Below are positions 48,574-60,685 of a DNA stretch of 64,000 nucleotides, piece after piece (position 1 is the stretch's first letter; each line of letters opens with the position of its first letter). A model generated the notes under the pieces. The model was not told the DNA's origin. It was given only the letters and a program-made list of their open reading frames with translations, and ran no database searches. The position numbers and the translations under genes are program-made. This DNA comes from Piromyces finnis finn (Eukaryota; Fungi; Neocallimastigomycota), in contig MCFH01000005.1 in NCBI GenBank assembly GCA_002104945.1, positions 1,302,001 through 1,366,000 of the forward strand, in the 5' to 3' direction.

Positions 48574-51291
48574 TTAATCAATTTTTTTTAAATTTTTAAA
48601 CCTGATTTTTTTTTTTTTGGCTTGCAAAAAAATTATATATTTATTATTACTTTTTTATTATTTTTTTTTTGTTTTTTATTTTTTATTTTGTTCTTTATAT
48701 TTTAAGTTTTAAATATTTATAATATCAAAAGGTTGTTGTTGTTCTTGTTTCTTTTTTTTTTTCGTCTAGCAAAAAAAAAAAAAAGTGATACCCTAACAAA
48801 TATTAAACTTTTGTTTTTTTAAAAAAAAAAAAAAATTTTATTTTGGTTGAAATTTTATTTATATTTATATGAAAATGATTTTAATAATAAATAAAGTTTA
48901 AAATATTCCTATTAATTTAATTTAATTATAAAAATGCATCATCATGAATAAAGGCATGATGAAGTGATGATGAAAGGCATTATATCATGCCATCCTGCAT
49001 TTTATTTGCATTTTATGAATATTCATAATTTAGTGATGTTTTAAATAGTTTTTATATTTTATTGATTTTTTTCTTATTAAATAGAATGATTTATTTTCAT
49101 GGTTGAATTAATTCACTACTATACTAGGTAGATAATAAAAAAAAAAAAAAAACAATTATAATTATTATTATTAGTAGTAATAACACGGGATAGAATAATA
49201 ACAACAAATAGTAAAAAATATAAAATATAATAATAATAAAATATTTAAAATGTAAAAGAACAAAATGGGATAATTAACAATGAATAAAAAATTGTTTTTC
49301 AACAAGTAACAAACCTATTATTATGTAGTTTCTATTTATGATTTAAAAAAATCTTTTATTCTGTAATTATATATTTTATATTTTATTATTATTTGGTACG
49401 CTATAATTTTATTATAATATGTTTTATTATTATTTTATATTTATTTCTATTAAAATTCTACATTTTATTTTACACTTTGTTATTACTTTCATTACTTTTA
49501 TGTTTTATTGTGTTTAGTATATGGGATTTCTCAAAAGTTTTATTTTTTTTTTATTTTTCCTTGCTCTTTGGAAAAAATAGTATAACTCATTTTTTGAATT
49601 AAAAGGAACATTCATTAATTTAAATTTTATTATCTTTTAAAGTTTTTAAACTTTATTTTTAAATTAAAAATAAATTAAATTGAATTATTCATAAAACAAT
49701 TTAATAACTTTATTTAGTATTATTATGAATTAAAAAATAAAACAATTTATTATTTTTTTAAACTATTTGTGTCATTTGTGTCACCTTTAGATAATTAAAA
49801 TTTTAAACTTTATTTTATAATAATATTAAATATTGAACCATCAATCTAATGAATGAATAAAAAGCTACTGCTACTTAAACTATGAATTATAAAATCTTAT
49901 ATCTATAAAAGGACGTGAATATGCCTATGGATTACTAAACAGAAAAATCTAGATATGTTTAGAATCAATATCATTCTTAAAATACACTTTTACCAATTCA
50001 AACCTTTCAAGATGTTAAAATAAAAGATAGCAGATATATATATCTCTTTCAATAAATTTTAAAAAAAATTTTGTACAATAAAGTATGTATACTATATTCA
50101 AGAATTCCTTTTATATCACACAAGATATATATATTAAAAAATGAAATGATAAATAGTATTTTTTTAGTATTTTTTTTATTAAATTATAATAAAAAATATA
50201 TTTAAGATATTTAAAATAAAATAAAATGTATATCAAATAATCTTTACTGATTTTTCTTTATTATTAAAAAACTAATATTTCATTTACTGTATCTTATAAG
50301 ATTATTTTATTATTGATATTGATTCTATGTGATTTTAATGCTATTGAAAATTCCTATTTTTTATTATTAAAAATTCAATGAGCCATGGTATGAAAATATA
50401 CATTTAAATAATTTGAAATTTGTTATTTATTTAGTATTAAGTTGCGTTACTAAAGATGAGAAACAATGGAATCCGTTAAATAATCAAAACAGATATTAAA
50501 ATTAATTAAAAAGAAAATATTTAAAAAAATATATAGTATAATTGAATATATATAATTATTTATAATATTCATATAAATATACACTATAATAGATGGTAAA
50601 AAAATAAAATATAATAAAATTTCTTATATACTAATATACCTACAGATACTAATGTCTTTTTTTTTTACATATAAAAGTTAAATATAGACCATATCTCATT
50701 AAAGTAATAAACGAATACATTTACCATTCTAATTATAATAGAAAATTCTATAAAGATGACAAAATGCAATTTAAATTTTGTTGTTATTTTTTTGTTTTTT
50801 TTTTTTTAATTTATAATTAATAAAAAAAAATTAATAATACTTGAATATTAAAAAGGACAAATCATTTTTTTTTAAATAATAAAAAAAAGAGGATGTGGAG
50901 AGTCAAACTTTTTAATTTTTTTTTTTTTTATATTTTATTAATTACGAAAAGTTTACTCTTTTTAAATTTTATTAAAAGACTTTTTTTTTTTTGTAATTTG
51001 ATACAATTTTTATTTTATTTTTATTATATATATATTTCATATATTTCATATATAAATACAAATTATTTATAAATACAAAGATATAATAATTTTATAAAAT
51101 TATTTTATTATAACTCTATTATAAAAATTTCTTTCAAGATTTTGTTTTTTAAAATTAAGTATATCATTTTTTTTTATATTTTTGATAATTATTTCTTTAT
51201 CATAATTATCTGTATTTTAAGGAATCTTTCTTTTTTTTAAAAAAAAATTATTTAAACATTATAAATAATTAATATTAAAAAAGGATTAGAT

Positions 51292-52287
51292 TTAAGCACG
51301 ACCACTGTCATCCTTGATGTTTCTTAAATAGTTATCAAAGTAGGTAACACCGTTGTAAGCTGGTTCACCTTGGTAATGAATAAGATCATTAACAACAACC
51401 CATCTAGCTGGAGAATGGTTGTATTTACCAGATGGTTGGTTACGATCAAGGAAAGAAGAAAAACCAGATTTTGTGTAGAAGAAAACGTTAGAGTAACTAG
51501 AATAAGTTTTGAAGTCGAATCTAGAAACATCAACATTGTACCACTTGTTATCGACCTTGACATAATTCCAAGCAGAAACAGCAGCATCACCACCAATAAG
51601 AACTTCATTACTCTTAATACCAATAGCAATAGCAAGATTGTAGTAAGCTCTAGAAATACCACCCCAAGAAGCATGACGAACAGCAAGAGCAACAGCAGCG
51701 TTACCTTGATCAGCATTACCAGAGAAAGTAATGTAACTGTTAAGCTTGTTGGCAAGTTTGAATAAATCCTTCTTTCTTTCAGTTTGAGTAAGATTAACGT
51801 AATCCTTGTTAACAGTGAATCCCCATTCTTTAACTAAATTTTCAGAAAAAGATTTAACAAAGGCTGGAACACCAGAACCCTTAATAACAACATCTGGATT
51901 AGCATTATTGAAAGCCATAGTGTTAACGGAAACCTTTGGAGTATTAATAGTAACAGTCTTTAAAGATTGGCATTCAGAAAAAGCGAAAGCACTAATAGTA
52001 ATTTTTTCAATGTCACCACTAATAGTAACAGTTTGAAGTTTACTTTTAGTGAAAGCAGAGTAACCAATTTCATCAACATAGTATCTTTCACCATCAACAA
52101 CAAAGTATTGTGGAATGTTGATATTAACAAGAGACTTGTCACTTAAACCAACAATAGTGGCCTTCTTGGTATTACCAGTAATCCAGAAGTAGAAAAATTC
52201 ATTGGATTGATTTTTATCTGTAGCACGAGCATAAACTAAGCATAAGTTTATAAGTGCAAAAAGAATGGTAGTTCCTAAGAATTTCAT
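51292..52287 (-). CDS. Secreted protein with BspA-type LRR (LRR_5) N-domain and degenerate transglutaminase-like C-domain
   Basis: 331-aa intronless ORF with a signal peptide. IPQYFVVDGERYYVDEIGYSAF and ITISAFAFSECQSLKTVTI are BspA-like. ASWGGISRAYYNLAIAIGI...SAWNYVKVDNKWYNVDVS follows the transglutaminase-core pattern. Codon usage is visibly GC3-richer. Confidence 0.75.
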   Translation of the reverse strand: MKFLGTTILFALINLCLVYARATDKNQSNEFFYFWITGNTKKATIVGLSDKSLVNINIPQYFVVDGERYYVDEIGYSAFTKSKLQTVTISGDIEKITISAFAFSECQSLKTVTINTPKVSVNTMAFNNANPDVVIKGSGVPAFVKSFSENLVKEWGFTVNKDYVNLTQTERKKDLFKLANKLNSYITFSGNADQGNAAVALAVRHASWGGISRAYYNLAIAIGIKSNEVLIGGDAAVSAWNYVKVDNKWYNVDVSRFDFKTYSSYSNVFFYTKSGFSSFLDRNQPSGKYNHSPARWVVVNDLIHYQGEPAYNGVTYFDNYLRNIKDDSGRA

Positions 52288-53217
52288 TTTTATTTTTATT
52301 TTTTATTTATTTTTGTTTTTTTTACTTTATTTTACAGGGTACCTAATGCTTTATATACTTTTTTTTTTTATTTTGGCACAAATAAAAGTATTTAAAAAAA
52401 AAAAAATTAATATTTAAATAATATTAACTTTAATTTATAATTATTTTAATAATATCATTATTTTAATTTTATTATAATAATAATATAAAAATTATAATTA
52501 TTATAAAAAAAAAAAAAAAGAAAAACAATAAAAATAAGAAAAACAATAAAAATAAGAAAAACAATAAATAAATAATAATAAATAGTGTAAAGAATAATAT
52601 ATAATTATAAATAATAATAATAATACTATCATTAGCAATTTATTATAGAAAATTAAATCAAACATTCAAGCATAATAAATAATAATAATAATAATAAATA
52701 ATATATATAATTATAAAACAAAAAGAATAAAGAATAGTAATTATAATTATAATAATAATATTATTTATTTATTTATTATTTATTTATGTATGTATTTATT
52801 TATTATTATAATTACTATTGAAATTTATATAAATAATAATTCTTTTTATTTATCTGAAACTTTTAATTATAATTGTTTTTATGGTTGAAATCACCATCGA
52901 CCTTTTTTTAATTATTAAAAAAAGTATTATTTTAAATGATCTTTATTTTTAAAGTGATGAAATACCTTAACTTTATAGATTATATAATAATTATTTATTA
53001 AGTATTTTTTTAAAAAAAAAAATAAAAACTAAATATTAACATTTTATAATAATAATAATAATAATAATAATTAGTATTTAAAAAAAAATAAAGGTTTTTA
53101 TTTACTTCAACTACAGTCATTATAAATTTGTTATTTAGTTTAAAATATTTTTTATGTATTTTTTTAATTACTGCTTAGCATATAATTATTATAATTATTA
53201 CTCTAATTATTACTCTA

Positions 53218-53257
<40 letters not shown>

Positions 53258-54809
53258 TATAATAATTGATTCTATAGTTTTTTTATTATTTTTAATAGAG
53301 TATTATTTATAATTATTCTATATTCTACACACTTTTTTTATTTACATTATTATTATATTTGTGTTACCTTTTAAAAATTAATTTATTTTTTTAATTTAAA
53401 ATTAATTTTAAATTATTGGTGTTTTACCCACAATTTTAATTTATTTTAATACTATTATTATTTTCCATTTTAATTATTATTTATATTAATGATAAACTAA
53501 AAAAAATATTAAAAATCACCACAATTTTTAAACTTTATTTTATAAGATTTTTAGTTATGAAATAAAAAAAAATAGTAAATGAATACCTAAATATTTAATA
53601 GAATATTTAATAATAATAATAATATTCCATTAATAATATTCTATTAATAATATTCTATTAATAATAACAATACTCTATTAAATATTAATAATATTATTAA
53701 TATTAATTTAGATCAAGTAAATTTTATTGATTGCCACAAAAATTAAAATCTCATTTTTTCTATAAAGTTGAAAATCAATTCAAGTAAAAGAATAAAATAT
53801 AAAACATAGAATATTGAATTATAGAATAAACACTACACTATTAGATAAAAATATAAAATGGTCTTTTCAAATAGTATCTATTTTATGTTATAATTATTAA
53901 TAATAAAATAAAGAGAATAAATGAGTAAAATAATACCAATTTTTATACATCAAAAATAAAGAATTTAAAATAAAAAAAAAAAACAGAAATTAAATGAATA
54001 GAAAAAATTAAATTATTCAAAGTTACACAAAAATAATATAATATTAAAAAATAAATGAATAAAGTTAATTAAATTCATTATTATTTTAATTATTAAAGTT
54101 AAATTTAATTTATTTTGTGAAACTTTCATAAAATTCGTTTTTTGAAACTTTTTATTTTGAAAAGTATTAATAAAAAAAAAGTATATAGGAATATAGAAAG
54201 AAAAAAACCTCATTAATTAAATATAAAACTTATTATAGAATTTATTATATTTAGTTTTTTTAAAAAAGAAGTAATCAGTTATTCATATTTTATAAAATTT
54301 TCATAAACTTTTTTAAATGATTGTAATTTTCTTTTCTTCATATTAAAATAATTTTTAATTTCATTTTTATTAACAAAATTAAAATGAAATTTACATATAA
54401 AGTATTTTAAAATAAAATTTAAATACATTCATCTTAAAAGTATATAATACATAAAAGTTTTTTAAAAAAAAAACATCTAATACCCTCTAAATAATGTATT
54501 ATAATTTTAATTAAAGGTGTTTTTTTTTTTTTCCAAAAAAAAAAAGTTGATACAGTTATAAATTATTTTTTTTAAAAAAAAATGGAATTAAATAGGAAAA
54601 GGCTAATTCATAAAAAAATCGAATATTTAATATAAAATTTTTAGTCCATTAGGTTATAGACATGAAATTTTAATCCTTATTTATAACATTAGAAATCTAT
54701 AATAATAATTAAAAAAAACTATAATCTATAATAATTAGAATTGTTTTAAAGGAACTAGTTAATGGTTTACTTTACATTTCTTATTAATATTTATTAAAAG
54801 CTATTAATC

Positions 54810-55166
54810 CTATTTGATTTTAATATTCACATAGATAACAAATGTACCAACAATAGGACTCCAAATAACATCAATAACACTTTGTATAAGCATTAATGTT
54901 CCTGCAGCACTGGCTGCTTTTGATGTATCCCCAGTTAAAATATAAACATCGGTATAAAAGAATAAAATGTAGGAACCTACAGTTTGAAATATAAAATTTT
55001 GTGCAAGATCACCAGCACCAAAACCTATTCTTTGAACCCAATTTAGTTTGTAAAATCCTTTGGATTCTTGAATTTCTCCTTCCTGAATGTCAGCTTTTTC
55101 GGTTCCTCCTGGAATATCTGAAATATCTGGAATATTTACTCTTTCCCTAACTTCTGTTATATCCAT
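54810..55166 (-). pseudogene. 5' fragment of an MFS glycoside-pentoside-hexuronide (GPH/MFS_2) sugar:cation symporter
   Basis: RIGFGAGDLAQNFIFQTVGSYILFFYTDVY...IDVIWSPIVGTFV is typical of GPH TM1-2. Similarity stops abruptly where D[KR] is expected, and no further exons are visible in the AT-only DNA down to 52.3 kb. Confidence 0.7.
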
Positions 55167-56570
55167 TTTCTTTTTAATTTATATGATATTTTATTATGAA
55201 ATAAAAAAGATTTTTTTTTTTTTTAAAAAGTATACTATTTGAAAAATTTTTTTTTTTTGTTTTTAAAATTATGCTTTATTGAAAAGTATTTTTTACAATT
55301 GAAAGGTGAAACGTTTTTTTTTTTTTAAAAAAATGAAATTTGTAACAATATTATATAAAATTAAATTAATAAATAATTGTAGTATATATAAGTGTAATGC
55401 GATTTTTAAGCACTTCTTTATAATACTTATAAATGAAGTACTTTTATACTTTATATATATTTCTATTAATTATTATTAGTATTATTATTGTAATTTAAAT
55501 AAATAAAAAAATAAATCTATTGTAAAAAAAAAAAAAAATAAAAATCAACTGTATTTAAAAAAAAAAAATTTTTTTAATTTAAAAGTTAATTTAGGTAAAT
55601 TAATAATGATTAGAAATGATTTTCATAAGGTGGAATATTCTCCGCTCCCGATGAATAAAAAAAAATCAATTTCCTTTTTCATTTATTAGAAAATAGGAAG
55701 AATATAAAATATATAAAAAAAAAAACTTTATTTTGGTTCCGTGGGAAAATATCAACAATTTATTAATAATGGATGAATACTAATTCATAAAAATAAATTA
55801 AACCTTAATTATTTAAAAAAAAAAAAAGTTCTTTTATTAAAAATAATACTTGAAATAAAATGCATATATATAATATAAAACATTTAAATAATATAGATAT
55901 CAATAATAAATTATGAGTAATTTAAAAAGATCATTGTTGACTTGTAGCATTAAAAGTTTATTCATAGAAATGTGTTGTTAACGGATAGTTTAATGGTTGA
56001 TGATGTCAAATGATAGGAAAAAAAACTCCACATTTTACCAAAAAAAAAAAATTATTATTATTATAATAAAATAATTTTTCCACAAATGTAAACTTTTTTT
56101 TTTTTTTTAACAAAAGAATGAAAAAAGAAATTTTATTTTATTTTATTTTATAAAGTTGCAATTAGTTCATTATGACTATCATAAACATTTTATTATTCAT
56201 TTATTCATTAATAACAAAGTATTAATTTTATAATAAAAAAAAATCAACATCGGAATCTAATCATTCCCTTCCATAATTCATTCCTTTCATAAAAATAAAG
56301 TTATATTAATTGTTTTGTTTAGAAATGGAAAAAGTATCCTTTTCTTCCACTTTTTAAATGCTGATTAAATAAAAAAAAAAAAAAAGATCAAAATAATAAA
56401 AATCAAATGTTAACCAATAAATGATTTTTATAATTTATTATATTATATTGTTCTATTTCATTAAATATATTAAATCTTTAATTTAAAACTTTAAGAATGT
56501 ATTACAATAATTAATACATTGTAATAGACAAGGGCATAAGCCATAATATAAATTTTATGTGGCACGTATG

Positions 56571-57275
56571 TTAAATTACACATTGTTGTACATAAATTGA
56601 AAGAAATAAATGTTGATTAAAAATTGTACTATTTCCATACGGAGAAATTATATATAACGGTGTTTCACCTTTATTATTTGCTTTGTTTATATCTGCTCCT
56701 TTTTCTATTAAATATTCAGTAGTATTTCCACCTTTTGTACTTATTTCTTTGTTACAAGATAATAATAAAGGGGTATTACCTTCAATATCTTGCTTATTTG
56801 AATCCGCACCATAATCAATTAATAGCTTAGACAAATCTTCTTTCCCATATTTACAAGTTATTAACAATGGTGTTTCACCTTTATTATTGACTATATTGTA
56901 ATCCGCGCCTCTTTCTACTAAATATTGTATCATATCTCCATTACCCATTATATTTTTACAAGCCATATGTAATGGTGTATCATCATTAATATTTTGCACA
57001 TTAATATTAAAATTTATGTTCAATAAATAGTCTATTGCTTTTTCTTTAAATCCCTTAACAGCATAATATAACGCTGTATTTTTATCGTTATCCTTTATAT
57101 AAATATTAGCGCCATAATTAATAAATAATTCTATAGCCTCTTCCATATTATCATACCAATAAAACTCACGTAACTTAAGTATTGGCGTACCTCCTATACT
57201 ATTTTTTATATTTATATTAGCTCCATACCTAATTAATAAATTTATGATATCTTTACTATAAAAAAGTATACTCAT
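56571..57275 (-). CDS. Ankyrin-repeat protein, probably truncated or degenerating
   Basis: About 6 ankyrin repeats (TALYYAVK, TPLHMACK, GETPLLITCKYG, GNTPLLLSC, GETPLY). Upstream sequence reads as coding-like but contains stops and a frameshift, and the last repeat breaks off before the stop. Confidence 0.65.
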   Translation of the reverse strand: MSILFYSKDIINLLIRYGANINIKNSIGGTPILKLREFYWYDNMEEAIELFINYGANIYIKDNDKNTALYYAVKGFKEKAIDYLLNINFNINVQNINDDTPLHMACKNIMGNGDMIQYLVERGADYNIVNNKGETPLLITCKYGKEDLSKLLIDYGADSNKQDIEGNTPLLLSCNKEISTKGGNTTEYLIEKGADINKANNKGETPLYIISPYGNSTIFNQHLFLSIYVQQCVI

Positions 57276-58018
57276 CTCTACAATAGTAATACGATTAAAT
57301 GATCCATTACGAAAAAAAAGTGCATTAAAGTATCATTAGATTCAATACTTATAATACGAGTATATCCATATTGAAAATACAATATATGTAAATATCAATG
57401 TTTTTCATAATATTTTTCTTTATAAAAATTATATAAAATAAATCCTCAAATGCAAATGTTTTTTAAGTTTGATATTTAATAATTTAATATTACTTCATTG
57501 TACGCTATTAATATATTTTTAATATTTATGTTTATATAGTACATGAATTTCGTTTTTTATAATTCTACTTTTAACTTTTTTTTATTTTAAAAAATATAAT
57601 TATTATTTTTTTTAATAAAATTTTAAAATAATTTTACAGCCAACCAAATTTGATTTAATTTTTTAATATCTTTTTATTTTATTAAATTAAATGATGGGTT
57701 ATGTAGGAAGAATCCATTTTTTAAAATTTTATTATTAAAAGTTCATTATTATAATTATTTTGTATAATAAGAAACGAACACTTTTTCTTTATAATTTATA
57801 ATAAGCAATCACAATAATATGGTATTTTAATATTTTATATCTTTATAAATTATTATTATTATTTTTATTCTTTTTATTAAAACAATATTCATTAGAGTAA
57901 ATAAATAAAAAGGTATAAGAATCATTTATGATAAAAAATATAAAAAAATAGTAATATAAATAATAAAATAAATAATTTTATATAAATATAATAATAATGT
58001 ATAAGGAATATATAATAT

Positions 58019-58700
58019 ATGTTTTATATCTATTTCATTTTTTTCAAACTATATGTACTTAACTGTGTAAATGAAACTAAAATATACATATATATATATT
58101 ACAACTATTCTTCCGATAATTATATAAACAAAAAAGACATATTAAATAATAAAAAAAAAGTTTATGGAGATTATTTTTGCAAAAATGATATTTGTGCTTC
58201 AATGGATTATCAGTATTGTAAACCGTTTATTCATTTATTGAAATGCTAAATATAAAAGGAAATATAAAATTATATATTTGTGAAACATATTCATATGAAT
58301 ATATATGAATATATTAAATTATATAATTCTACTAATGAACAACACTATGGTGATACAATTATTTCTTACAGATGTAATAAAGATGATGAATGTTTATATA
58401 ATAAATGTGTTGATAATTATTGTATTTTTAATGATAAAGCATCTGTAGAACATTGTGATAATATTTATCTTTGTCATAGAAAATCATATAATTATTGTGG
58501 TAAAGCATATCGTAATACATGTAAAACTATCGATGAACGTTCTTCTAAATTATGTATAGATGAACTTTGTATTGCTCAAGAAAATAGTCCTTCTGACAGT
58601 GAAGATTAAGGAGAATCTATAATTGCTGGTTATGCAGGTTATAGTTATTTTTATAATTTTATTAAGCATCTTTTATTGTTGTTATTACTTTAAACATTTA
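58019..58700 (+). pseudogene. Disrupted Cys-rich single-pass membrane protein of a family expanded in anaerobic fungi
   Basis: FCKNDIC, RCNKDDECLYNKCVDNYCIFN...CGKAYRNTCKT...LCIDELCIAQENSPSDSED, then an in-frame TAA (58607-58609) just before a hydrophobic TM-like stretch. The N-terminal part is split into separate ORFs. Confidence 0.55.
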
Positions 58701-60685
58701 AATAGAAAAAACAAGAGCTCAAATTATAAAATCAAAAATATATGGGTTGTTATTAAAAACATTAATTGTGTTCTAAGTAAATATATATAAATTATAGAAT
58801 CATTTATTATTATAAATATAATGTTTTACTTTGTAATATGCTGTAACTACCAAGTTGAAGTATAATTTACTATTAAATAAACTTGTAATTTATATCTATT
58901 TCATTTAACTATTAATATTAATAAAATAGTTTTATATATTAGATATTAAAAAGTATTATTAAAAGATGTTAATATTTTAAGATTTATATATTTTAAAAGG
59001 TACAACAAAAAACAAAGTTTAATGATTAATAATAAAGATAGTATATTAATGTTATTTTTAAGTACTTTAGAAAATGTTTTTTTTTAAAAGAAATTACTTC
59101 AGTAATTGACTTAAATGATTTAATAAAGGTCTTGACTAATTTGTATAGTGCAGAAAAAGGATTAAATAATTTTAATAAAAAATACTTTATTAATTTGAAT
59201 TTGAATTATATTTTAGAGAATATTGAAAAACGATAGGTTCAGATTATAGTAAAATGATGAAATTTCAAGGTTATTATCAATATACTATTTATTTGTTGAA
59301 AGTAAAATTTTATATCCTGAATTTTCTGGTGATTTATAATAATTATTATTCCACCGTACATATTGTATTGTTATTTAATATTTTTAAAGAAAGAAAAAAG
59401 AGTTATATCTTTTAAATAAAAATACTTTTCCTTTTTTTTTTTTTAAATAGATTTAATATAAATATAAATAAATATATATATATTATATATATTAATTTTT
59501 CATTATTTCAAATACAATTTTGGAATGGATTTTAATTTAAAAATCATTTCATTCATCTATTTTATTAATAGGAATTTATTTTTTGTTATTAAATTTTTTG
59601 TAAAATTTATCTTTTTTTTAAAAAAAATTAATATTTTTTCTTTCCTTTTCTTTTATAATATTGATTTATATTATTAATGAATTTAGATAAATTTATTAAT
59701 TCTTTTTTACTTTAGCTTCCTTTTTGGTACTAATTATTTTGTATGGTTGCTTTACAACTCCTTCAGCATTTATACTTGTGCCTTGTTATTTTATCTCTAT
59801 CAAAAAAATATTCTATATATTGTTCATCTCCATCCAAGTAGTATTTTCCATTTCTGTTCATTTCGAGATACTTTCTAGATTGCTTTCTTTCACCAGAATT
59901 TGGATTGTAGTTTGAATTATTTACATCAGCAAAATAAACATACACTTGAAGTATTATATATTATACAATATATCCTTTTTTTTTGGCTTTTTTAAATGGT
60001 TAAAGTTTTAATTTTCTTTTATTAGTTGAAATATTTTACTTTTAGAGAAATTTTATTCATCAAATTTTCCAATAGAAGGAAATTATAATATGTAATTAAA
60101 ATGAAGATGATATGAAAAAATTAAATAAATAAACACTTTTTGAAAAAAATAAATTATGTCTTTTATAATTTTTAGTTATTTTCATTTATGTATTATAAAA
60201 TATAATGTGATAATAATAGAAAATTTACTAAAACAATTAAATAATAAGTAATGATTAATAATTATTATAATTTCTAATATAAAGTAATAATTAATTATAA
60301 GAAAATTAACACGAAAACTAAAAGCTATTAAATAATTATATATATAGTATTTAAACCTTATACGTATTTTTATTGTATTTTTTTAATGTTAAATAAATAT
60401 TTTTATAATAATTTTATATATATACTTTTTTTCATATTATAATAATTATAATTATTAATTATTATAATTAATTATATGAAAATAATTATTTTTGATAATA
60501 AAAAGAAATTATATATTTATCTATTTATATCTATTTATATAATATATATTATATATATATTATATATAATAATGTTTTATATAAATTTCTTTTATATACT
60601 ATCAATATCTATATTTCTATTATTTCTATACTTTTAATATTATATAATAAAATAATAAAATTATTAATATTATTAAATATTAAAA

